Virus record (IMG/VR): IMGVR_UViG_3300047649_000007
Location: 2,366 to 34,365 of that record
Direction: 5' to 3' (one strand)
DNA: 32,000 nt
Source of the DNA: a virus
Part shown: in pieces, positions 1 to 7,312 of the stretch
Position numbering within the stretch: the first letter of the stretch is position 1
Layout of the letters: each line of letters starts with the position of its first letter
The notes under the pieces: generated by a model
Database searches by the model: none
Seen by the model: only the letters and a program-made list of their open reading frames with translations
What the model was told of the DNA's origin: nothing
Position numbers and translations under genes: made by a program

Positions 1-134
1 TATTCTATACTGCTAAGTGTATCAAACTGGTCTTGATATTCCTCCACGAGATCATTGCGGTGCTTCACAGCCGCGTTATATGCTACATGATGATAATAGT
101 TGTCTAGTGCATATTCAAGCTCTTTTAGTGTCAT
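1..134 (-). CDS. hypothetical phage protein, partial (continues left of window)
   Basis: ATG at 134 with AAGGTG 5 nt upstream; frame open to position 1 (MTLKELEYALDNYYHH...); no motif recognised. Confidence 0.3.
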   Translation of the reverse strand, partial: MTLKELEYALDNYYHHVAYNAAVKHRNDLVEEYQDQFDTLSSIE

Positions 135-507
135 CCTGCACCTTTCTTATTCTCGGCGTATACTCCCTGTGCTTTGGAATTTCTGCCTTTCTTATCAGTC
201 CTAGAAGTTGTTCTACTTTGGGAATAATAGCTTTATTAGTTTCAAGAAAATCTATTACTTGCTTATAATCTTGTACAAAATTTTTTGCTTGCCTGCGTTC
301 AACACGAACTTTATGCAAAATAGTTGCAAGGCGTGAGCGAACTTTACTATGCGGTTCAAATTCAATCTGATGCATCAAGTCTTGGTCTTCTTCATCCTTG
401 ACGTGAACTTGTTCAAATCGCATATCATAAAGTTGCTGAATTTCACGAATGGCAGACAAAAACTGTTCAACACTTTCTGAATATTTCAAATCGCGTTTAT
501 TTGGCAT
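115..507 (-). CDS. hypothetical phage protein
   Basis: 130-aa ORF abutting the upstream gene (508); charged helical sequence, no motif recognised. Confidence 0.55.
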   Translation of the reverse strand: MPNKRDLKYSESVEQFLSAIREIQQLYDMRFEQVHVKDEEDQDLMHQIEFEPHSKVRSRLATILHKVRVERRQAKNFVQDYKQVIDFLETNKAIIPKVEQLLGLIRKAEIPKHREYTPRIRKVQDDTKRA

Positions 508-828
508 CTAATCCCTCTTTTTCTTTGCTCTTAAATAAGTTGTCTGCACTGAATTTGCAGTTGAACCAAGCATTTCAGCAATTTCAGCAAATTTCAGGCC
601 TTGGTCCCTTAAATCTATAATTCGCTTTTCCCTCTCACTTACTGGATTTTTGGGCTTAGGAGGGTGTAGCTCGTCCCATTCTCTTGTATATTCGTCGCTG
701 ATTAATTGGTTATCTACTGAACCGTGATCTATTTTCAGCCCGCGGTGACATGGGTCAAACTTATCTGCCATATCTTCAGCTAAAATTTGATGTAGGCCAT
801 CCCTTGTAAACTGCATATTAAGGCTCAT
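508..828 (-). CDS. small regulator with sigma-70 region-4 / LuxR-type HTH
   Basis: C-terminus EREKRIIDLRDQGLKFAEIAEMLGSTANSVQTTYLRAKKK fits the region-4 HTH pattern; start overlaps end of radical-SAM gene. Confidence 0.55.
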   Translation of the reverse strand: MSLNMQFTRDGLHQILAEDMADKFDPCHRGLKIDHGSVDNQLISDEYTREWDELHPPKPKNPVSEREKRIIDLRDQGLKFAEIAEMLGSTANSVQTTYLRAKKKRD

Positions 829-1549
829 GACTTATTTTATCCATCTCTTTTCTCAAATCCTCTTTGATATAATAATTACAGCCATATTCTTTGCAAAGTC
901 TTTCACATTCACGTCCAAATTCACCCCAATTGATGTCTGACGGATAATAATTGAGCTTGCCGATTTTGTAAAAGTCGATAAATTCAGTGTAAATAATCAA
1001 ATCGTATATTTGGTCAACATCAAAAACTGGCTCACAGCTTAACCATGTTTTAATGCCAAGAGAGTGCGCATCTCTTAATGTTCGTAACCGATTTGTGGTA
1101 TTGTCTGCTCGCGGTTCGTTTATGTTACTTGTTTCTCTGTAACCACTTATAGTCACTCCAAAACTATCCCCGCTGTCGAGCAAATCAAAATCTCTTTCGG
1201 CTCTTATACCGCCCTTTGTAAGTATTTGAACATGTGCGCCCGCCGCCTTGATAGCCTTGATAATTCCCCTTGTTGGTGTAGTATCAATATCTGCCGGATA
1301 GGGGTCACACATAAAACAGAGTTGAATTGTCTTGCCCTCATATTTGCCACTTGCAAGTTGTTTCTGCGTGGCTTCTACAATGTCTTTGCGCGGTTCAGGC
1401 ACTTTGCAAAACGTATCTTTACCATGATAACGTTCATACATTTTGCGAGCATAGCAGTATGTACAGCCATGATTGCAGGTATCATAAATGTTGATTGCGA
1501 GACTGCAATATTCACCGGCGCGTCCGGATAGTTCATATATCGGTTTCAT
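818..1549 (-). CDS. radical SAM enzyme (SplB/COG1533-like by eye)
   Basis: CNHGCTYC (CxxxCxxC) 25 aa from N-terminus, then barrel-like strand/helix alternation (LCFMCDPYP, ILTKGG, SCEPV). Confidence 0.75.
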   Translation of the reverse strand: MKPIYELSGRAGEYCSLAINIYDTCNHGCTYCYARKMYERYHGKDTFCKVPEPRKDIVEATQKQLASGKYEGKTIQLCFMCDPYPADIDTTPTRGIIKAIKAAGAHVQILTKGGIRAERDFDLLDSGDSFGVTISGYRETSNINEPRADNTTNRLRTLRDAHSLGIKTWLSCEPVFDVDQIYDLIIYTEFIDFYKIGKLNYYPSDINWGEFGRECERLCKEYGCNYYIKEDLRKEMDKISHEP

Positions 1550-2163
1550 GATTTATCCTCCGGTTTATAGCGATAGGCAAGCCATGTTTTACCGTAATCT
1601 TCAAGTAACAAATTTACGCTATGTGCATCTACCCATTCCTTTGGCATTTTGCATCTGCCGTCTGCTTTTATAAGATTGCGTGTAATTTGACACGATATTT
1701 TCCCATCTGGAATAGTCTTTATCCAAATTGGACCATACACTTTTTTAAATGTTGCCTGACACATCTTTCTAAACTCGTCCAATGTAAGCGGTGAGTTTTC
1801 GGGTTGGGTGCTCAGCCGTACGACTTCCGACTGTAAAAATTTTATATAGTGTAAAACAACGTCTGCGTAGCGCTTCAAAATGTATGCTCCATCACCGTTA
1901 TCGATTTTTAAAGCGTTAACTGCTGCTCTTTCGGCTATAGTAAACGGGCATTCTCTCAATTCCTCAAGGGTAAGCGGTGAGTTTTTAGTTTGTGGGCGTT
2001 CGGGTATTAATTCAGCAAGTTTTATAGCGCTTGTGTATGCTTGAACTTTTGCGCGGTAATAAACTTCGTCTTGCCCGTGTGATTGATTTTCAGAGCGTTG
2101 GCAACTATCAACAAGGGATTTCGGTCTGTTAATCAGCCATTGCTTGTTCAATTCTTCACTCAT
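1546..2163 (-). CDS. hypothetical phage protein with internal duplication
   Basis: 205-aa ORF; NSPLTLEELREC and NSPLTLDEFRKM about 60 aa apart (nt repeat gtaagcggtgagtttt near 1786 and 1968). Confidence 0.55.
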   Translation of the reverse strand: MSEELNKQWLINRPKSLVDSCQRSENQSHGQDEVYYRAKVQAYTSAIKLAELIPERPQTKNSPLTLEELRECPFTIAERAAVNALKIDNGDGAYILKRYADVVLHYIKFLQSEVVRLSTQPENSPLTLDEFRKMCQATFKKVYGPIWIKTIPDGKISCQITRNLIKADGRCKMPKEWVDAHSVNLLLEDYGKTWLAYRYKPEDKS

Positions 2164-2408
2164 TTTAATTTCTCCTCTGTAACAACCTCAAAATGTTCTG
2201 TACGCTCAACAATTTGTAAAAGATATTTAGTGACTTTAAGTACCATATCTTTGGTGATTCCATTATGCGTTGGCATTTTCAAAACCTCATGTATTGCTAG
2301 CGCTTTTTCTTCCTCGGTATATTTATCCGATTCAATTTGCATAAATATAGCAACTGCTTTACCTATCTGCATTTCGATTCCTCCAATTTTCTGCCACACA
2401 TAGGGCAT
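2160..2408 (-). CDS. hypothetical phage protein
   Basis: 82-aa ORF; ATGA start/stop overlap with downstream gene, so operon-coupled. Confidence 0.5.
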   Translation of the reverse strand: MPYVWQKIGGIEMQIGKAVAIFMQIESDKYTEEEKALAIHEVLKMPTHNGITKDMVLKVTKYLLQIVERTEHFEVVTEEKLK

Positions 2409-2411
2409 AGT

Positions 2412-2666
2412 TTAGATTCCATTGTCTACCTCACTTTCTGTGTAAATTGATTCAGTTACTTCAATTGCTTTATAATAATCGTCATCATATTCTGTGTTCC
2501 AGCTGCTATTAAACGCCGATATAGCCTTATCACGGCTAAGATACGTTTTAATAGATGTGTTACCAATTTCATTGATAGGCTTAAATTGATAGCAACGGGC
2601 AAGCCCACAAAATATATCTGCACCGTTATTTCTTGTAATCACCCACCGTTTGCGTGATATTTTCAT
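2412..2666 (-). CDS. hypothetical phage protein
   Basis: ORF track 2412..2684; ATG at 2666 preferred because GTGAGGT lies 5-6 nt upstream (MKISRKRWVITRNNG...). Confidence 0.5.
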   Translation of the reverse strand: MKISRKRWVITRNNGADIFCGLARCYQFKPINEIGNTSIKTYLSRDKAISAFNSSWNTEYDDDYYKAIEVTESIYTESEVDNGI

Positions 2667-2723
2667 TTGCAACCTCACTTTCAAACATAATTTTCATTCC
2701 TAGTTCTGCTATGTAAGTGATGT

Positions 2724-2885
2724 TCATTTTCGTTTCCCACATTTTACGCATACCCATATTCCCCTATCTTCGTTAAGCGAAACAAAACCACACGGATTAC
2801 TCTTTTTATCTATTGGGGTCTCGAAATTCTGATAATCGTGATTACAAAAGTATTGCGCAACACGGTTTTTGATTGGTACTTTCAT
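2724..2885 (-). CDS. small Cys-rich (zinc-ribbon-like) protein, 53 aa
   Basis: Below the ORF-track cutoff; ATG 2885 overlaps upstream stop (ATGA); MKVPIKNRVAQYFCNH...CGF...WVCVKCGKRK. Confidence 0.4.
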   Translation of the reverse strand: MKVPIKNRVAQYFCNHDYQNFETPIDKKSNPCGFVSLNEDRGIWVCVKCGKRK

Positions 2886-3190
2886 CCCTTTTCATCATCC
2901 TTTCCCGTTATGTGATTTCCCGTATTGGCATCCATTCTTGAACCGCATGAGGGGCAATAATCAGTCATGTTTCCACCTTTGGGTTCTACGTGGCAGTTAG
3001 AGCAATATGGATAGTAGCCGTCACTATTTATAATCCACCTTGCATGTACCGCTTTCACCAGTTCACCGCGTTCAACTTGGCAGGCTATCTCGGTGGCGGC
3101 GCGAATTGCAGCAGGGTCAAACGCGCCACACCCTCTTACAAGATTATATTGTAGCCTCCCTGCACACTCTTTTGCACTCATTTCATTCAT
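2882..3190 (-). CDS. hypothetical zinc-ribbon phage protein
   Basis: ATG 3190 follows AAAGGAGGG and overlaps upstream stop (ATGA); C-terminal YCSNCH...YCPSCGSRMD. Confidence 0.6.
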   Translation of the reverse strand: MNEMSAKECAGRLQYNLVRGCGAFDPAAIRAATEIACQVERGELVKAVHARWIINSDGYYPYCSNCHVEPKGGNMTDYCPSCGSRMDANTGNHITGKDDEKG

Positions 3191-3585
3191 GGTCTGCCCT
3201 CCTTTGGTGGTTTTGGTAAGGACATCCATTTAACAACTTTCCATATACATAGTCTTCCATGCCATGTATATCGTCCGATAATTTTCCCGCGTATTTTAGC
3301 CGTTTCCCATTCAGCACCTAATACTAACCCGTTGTCGGTATATATAACTACACCATAAGATTTGTTATATCCGGGATATTCGCTTAATGGTTGTGGCCCT
3401 TTCACTGCATCATGCCACCGTTGGGATTCTTGCAACTGTTCAGCCTCTGCAATCAGAACGCCAATTTTTTCATACATCAAATGTAATGTGCAGTCTTTCT
3501 TACCATCACAATCAACAGGAACAACCACACTTGGGCATACTTTGCACGGATCCATAAACTGTGCCTTTATTTCATCAAGATTCAA
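3187..3585 (-). CDS. DUF551-like phage protein
   Basis: C-terminal ...VVKWMSLPKPPKE resembles the DUF551 signature (W-M-P-L-P-x-P-P), from memory. Confidence 0.5.
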   Translation of the reverse strand: MNLDEIKAQFMDPCKVCPSVVVPVDCDGKKDCTLHLMYEKIGVLIAEAEQLQESQRWHDAVKGPQPLSEYPGYNKSYGVVIYTDNGLVLGAEWETAKIRGKIIGRYTWHGRLCIWKVVKWMSLPKPPKEGRP

Positions 3586-3883
3586 TTTGATTCCTCCTTA
3601 GGGCAAATTTACTGCCCCTATTCATTATTTCATCAAGTGCTTGTTTAACTTTCCCTCTGCCTATTTCATCCTCATAGCAAGCGTTGTACTCGTCCACAAG
3701 GGCATTGGCAACCTCATTAAATTCTATAAGGCGTTTTCTCCCCACCTTAAATTTACGATTGGCGGCAATCAGATCAATGTCACGCCCATCAGATAGCCCC
3801 TCGTTGTACGCCTGCTGTAATTCCTCTTTCATTGCTGCTTTGAGGTCGGATTTACGAATTGTATTGGGAAGATGTGATTTCAT
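3575..3883 (-). CDS. hypothetical phage protein
   Basis: 102-aa ORF with AGGTGA RBS 6 nt upstream of ATG 3883. Confidence 0.55.
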   Translation of the reverse strand: MKSHLPNTIRKSDLKAAMKEELQQAYNEGLSDGRDIDLIAANRKFKVGRKRLIEFNEVANALVDEYNACYEDEIGRGKVKQALDEIMNRGSKFALRRNQIES

Positions 3884-3896
3884 GTAATATCACCTC

Positions 3897-4664
3897 TCAA
3901 AATAGCCTTGTTTGAGCTTCTAACAATTCCAAATTGAGCATTTTTTCTTTTGACTCCTTGAAGAAACTTTTAGAAATCTCAAATCCATAACTTTTCCTGT
4001 TAAGTTCATAAGCGGCTCGGAGTGTTGTTCCACTTCCTGCGCACGGGTCAATAACAACATCGTTTTCGTCTGTAAAGATGCTTATTAACTGTTTCAGCAG
4101 CGCAACTGGCTTTTGATTTGGGTGTATTTTGGGGTAATCATTCGCATTGTCTTTTTTCCAGTTAAACCAATCAAAAACCATTTTTCCGTTGTTGTTGAAT
4201 TTTGGGAGTTTATCGCGGTAAAGAACTATTGCGTGTTCTGTAGCTCCGACAACTTTCATGTTAGCTTTAAGTACCTGAGCAGAATAGTTTTTAATAAAGA
4301 AAATAGGGTAGCTGTGATTAAACCCATGCTTTTTACCATATTCAGCTACCATGCTCGCCTGTTGAAATGAGCAAAATACAATCATTGCGGGTGATTTTCC
4401 ACACTCTTTAGGCTCTTTTTTTAACAGTCTGTTACAAAAGTGAAAGTATTCGGCAATGTTGAAGTTAAAATCAGTATTAAAAAATGCTTTTCCTGCTTTT
4501 TTGCTTGCTCCATTTTTGTTATCACCATCAACATACCATTCAGGGCTTGAAGCATAAGCATAATTTCCGAGGTTATACGGTATATCGGCAATGACAAGTT
4601 GCGCTTTTGGAATGTTATATCGCTTATAATTTTGAAAGTTGTCGTTGAACAATTCAGCTTTCAC
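3897..4664 (-). CDS. N6-adenine/N4-cytosine DNA methyltransferase (beta-class motif order)
   Basis: VIADIPYNLG (DPPY-type motif IV) near N-terminus; VVIDPCAGSGTTLRAA (motif I) near C-terminus. Confidence 0.85.
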   Translation of the reverse strand: MKAELFNDNFQNYKRYNIPKAQLVIADIPYNLGNYAYASSPEWYVDGDNKNGASKKAGKAFFNTDFNFNIAEYFHFCNRLLKKEPKECGKSPAMIVFCSFQQASMVAEYGKKHGFNHSYPIFFIKNYSAQVLKANMKVVGATEHAIVLYRDKLPKFNNNGKMVFDWFNWKKDNANDYPKIHPNQKPVALLKQLISIFTDENDVVIDPCAGSGTTLRAAYELNRKSYGFEISKSFFKESKEKMLNLELLEAQTRLF

Positions 4665-4858
4665 TGCTCTATCTCCTCTATCAAGCTGATGTTATCCCAG
4701 TTGAATATAAATATTCTTTGGTCGTAAGAGTAAACCGTAAGTACATTTCCGTTCCGCTCGACCGTCATAACATCTGCGACATTGCGGCTATAATTTCCGC
4801 CAGAAAACCAAACTTTTAACATTGCATGGTCAAACTGTTGAATTGTTGGTTCTGCCAT
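4661..4858 (-). CDS. hypothetical phage protein
   Basis: ATG 4858 preceded by GAGGAGG; ORF track lists a longer 4661..4873. Confidence 0.5.
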   Translation of the reverse strand: MAEPTIQQFDHAMLKVWFSGGNYSRNVADVMTVERNGNVLTVYSYDQRIFIFNWDNISLIEEIEQ

Positions 4859-5024
4859 GGTTTGCCTCCTCACAAATCTGCCCTATTCCGTCATTTTCGC
4901 TGTCTTCACACTTCATGCAGCAATAGCGACAAATCTTTTGCTGTGACTTCGGGCATGTACGGATTTCACAGTTGTATAATTCATGCTTGCAGACGGTGCA
5001 TGTGGAGCTGCTTTCACTGCTCAT
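4830..5024 (-). CDS. small Cys-rich protein
   Basis: 64 aa with 10 Cys (CTVCKH...C...CPKS...CRYCCMKC); overlaps neighbours as in a packed operon. Confidence 0.4.
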   Translation of the reverse strand: MSSESSSTCTVCKHELYNCEIRTCPKSQQKICRYCCMKCEDSENDGIGQICEEANHGRTNNSTV

Positions 5025-5604
5025 ACTTCAATGCTTCCTTTTTGCTGATTCTCTCTATGGAATAAACCCACATCCACGGACAATCTAATCCATATTGACC
5101 TGTCCAAAAGTTATTGAATTTACAAGATGCAGACAACCCACAATCTGCCTTAAAACCATCATCAACCGCGTCCTGCACTGTCATATCCTTGATGTTTTGT
5201 ACCTTTACATCAGTCACACGAAACCACAGACGTGAGGCTTTGCGGGGCATGTGGAGGGATGGATGCCAGCTTAAAATTCCTTTATCAATTTCAGGGTCAC
5301 ATCCATCAGCTTTATAATCATATTCGTCTTCACGACCATTCCAACCGATAATACGAAACGTTTCACGCCCATACATAATATCTCCAGACTGATATTTTGG
5401 CTTAATTTCATATTGACGGCTTTCATCAACCTTTGTCTGAATGTCAAAGTAAAATTTACCGTTTTGCTCATATGGTGGTCTGTCCAAACCGTCACCATGT
5501 TTAAAATCATAGTCAAGTTGTATTGGTCTGCTTGTGCGCCCTTTTCTATTTTCCAGAAATGCTACAGTCATATCTTGATTAAATAATTCACCCTTGATGT
5601 TCAT
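5014..5604 (-). CDS. phage protein, possibly ASCH/PUA-like
   Basis: N-terminal ELFNQDMTVAFLENRKGRTSRP resembles the F..eMv.Ail.GrKTqTRR start of ASCH-like phage proteins (from memory); ATGA coupling to upstream gene. Confidence 0.4.
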   Translation of the reverse strand: MNIKGELFNQDMTVAFLENRKGRTSRPIQLDYDFKHGDGLDRPPYEQNGKFYFDIQTKVDESRQYEIKPKYQSGDIMYGRETFRIIGWNGREDEYDYKADGCDPEIDKGILSWHPSLHMPRKASRLWFRVTDVKVQNIKDMTVQDAVDDGFKADCGLSASCKFNNFWTGQYGLDCPWMWVYSIERISKKEALKYEQ

Positions 5605-5933
5605 TTCACAACCTCCCTAAACTCATATTGTGGATAAATCTGCTTCATTAATTTTCGCTTGATAATATAAGCATGTTCTTTGACTGTTACAGGACTTTTT
5701 GTGTCCTCAACAACAGGTTTACCATTCTCAAAGTACACAAAATCTGCTATGTAAACACAGGCTTGTTCGCCTTTTTGCTTGGGTATCAATTCAAACTTGA
5801 TTTGCCGCTGCAGCCCTGTAATTGCCTTGGATCGCTCCAATAGTTTCAACTCTTGATATCTTGTTGATTCAAATTTACTATCAAACTTAATTCCATCAAC
5901 GATTGTTTTTTTAGCGCCATATTTATTTGGCAT
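5601..5933 (-). CDS. DUF1064-family phage protein (endonuclease-like)
   Basis: MPNKYGAKKTIVDGIKFDSKFESTRYQELKLLE matches the DUF1064 N-terminal signature as I remember it. Confidence 0.65.
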   Translation of the reverse strand: MPNKYGAKKTIVDGIKFDSKFESTRYQELKLLERSKAITGLQRQIKFELIPKQKGEQACVYIADFVYFENGKPVVEDTKSPVTVKEHAYIIKRKLMKQIYPQYEFREVVK

Positions 5934-5964
5934 AAGTAGTTTTTATTCCCTCCATTTCCATTAT

Positions 5965-6444
5965 TCAATTATCATTTTTGGCTATTTCAGATTTCATAAA
6001 TACAAGCCAATGAGTTTTACTGCGTTGGTCTCCGAACAAAGGTTTTTGTTCAATTAAATCAAGTATTTGTTTAAGCTTTATTTGTTCCTCATTCCATTTG
6101 AAAATCAGAACTCCAAAAGGTTCAAGCACTCGCATACACTCGTTAAACCCTTGTTTTATATCTTGTGGCCATGAATCATTTAATTTGCCATACTTCTTGG
6201 CCATCCACGAACTTTCACCGATTTTGAGTAAATGTGGCGGGTCGAAAACAACAAGTTTGAATGTTTCAGACGGAAACGGAATGTTGCGAAAATCTGCAAT
6301 AACATCTGGGCTGATTACAAGTTTTCGGTTGTCACATAATGTATCTTCAAGTTTTCTGTTGTCCATAAAAATCGTATTTTTATTTTGCTTATCAAACCAA
6401 AACATGCGACTTCCACAACAAGCATCCAATATAGTTTTATCCAT
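5965..6444 (-). CDS. small SAM-dependent (probable DNA) methyltransferase
   Basis: ILDACCGSRMF (motif I-like) and VVFDPPH (DPPY/H-type catalytic motif); bracketed by ttggctatttcag repeats. Confidence 0.65.
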   Translation of the reverse strand: MDKTILDACCGSRMFWFDKQNKNTIFMDNRKLEDTLCDNRKLVISPDVIADFRNIPFPSETFKLVVFDPPHLLKIGESSWMAKKYGKLNDSWPQDIKQGFNECMRVLEPFGVLIFKWNEEQIKLKQILDLIEQKPLFGDQRSKTHWLVFMKSEIAKNDN

Positions 6445-6449
6445 GTTTC

Positions 6450-6632
6450 CTATTCCTCCTTGGCTATTTCAGCAGGACTGTTGAGCCAATCTAATAATTT
6501 TTCATCGCCTACCCCACCAGTGCATAAAGTTCCATTGAAAGCACAATCATCGCAATGTTTTACAGCACCGCACAACCATTTAATTAGTGACTCAGGACTT
6601 TCAAATATAACTTCAAAATTAGTCTTCGGCAT
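6450..6632 (-). CDS. hypothetical small protein
   Basis: ATG 6632 after GAGGAAG; ORF track 6450..6644; Cys/His-rich (CGAVKHCDDCAFNGTLC). Confidence 0.4.
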   Translation of the reverse strand: MPKTNFEVIFESPESLIKWLCGAVKHCDDCAFNGTLCTGGVGDEKLLDWLNSPAEIAKEE

Positions 6633-6804
6633 TATCTTCCTCACATTCTTCTAGATACCCCTCGTATGCCCGAGGACATCTTCTGCCCTCACATAAATTA
6701 AACTGATTAGTGTTGACAGATTCCCCGTGTCTGGTAAACTCGCAATATTTGCATATTTCCCCGTCATTAATTTCTTCAAGGGGTTTTGGAATCTTTGCCA
6801 TCAT
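6619..6804 (-). CDS. hypothetical small Cys-rich protein
   Basis: 61 aa with CKYCEF...CEGRRC. Confidence 0.4.
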   Translation of the reverse strand: MMAKIPKPLEEINDGEICKYCEFTRHGESVNTNQFNLCEGRRCPRAYEGYLEECEEDNAED

Positions 6805-6845
6805 ATCCCTTCTAATTCCCTTTCTACTGCATTTTTATTTTTAGC

Positions 6846-7247
6846 TTATAATTCTGCGATTTTACTGTTTTCTGCGCTCTGTGAAACTGTTTCACCATTC
6901 ATATCTATTTCAACACGCTCACCCTCATAATAGGTTGGGTAATTTGCCAAAACCTCATTTATCTTTTCCTCGTTTAAAACTTCTTTGAGGGCATCACATA
7001 CATTTTCTTTCCAATCCTCATACATTTCATCTGCTAAATTTTCAAGAATGCTGTCAAAGTCAAAACGTGCCACTAGAGGGTCAGCAACTGTGACTTCGGG
7101 AATTGTGGTAAAATCCTTTTTATCCATATCAAGAAATTCAGAACTGTTTAAAAAGTCTTCTTTGTCCATAACTCCCAAATCACGACCTGCCATCTGAACG
7201 CAAAGCATAGTATTGTTGCTTAACTCCGATAATTTAATTGTTACCAT
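6846..7247 (-). CDS. acidic hypothetical protein
   Basis: 133 aa, very D/E-rich (DKEDFLNSSEFLDMDKKDF, DEMYEDWKEN); sits between methyltransferase genes. Confidence 0.5.
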   Translation of the reverse strand: MVTIKLSELSNNTMLCVQMAGRDLGVMDKEDFLNSSEFLDMDKKDFTTIPEVTVADPLVARFDFDSILENLADEMYEDWKENVCDALKEVLNEEKINEVLANYPTYYEGERVEIDMNGETVSQSAENSKIAEL

Positions 7248-7312
7248 TACAAACCTCTCTCCGCCCTTACAGGCTACAAAATATTTTATGGTGTGATTCT
7301 GTGGTTATTGGG

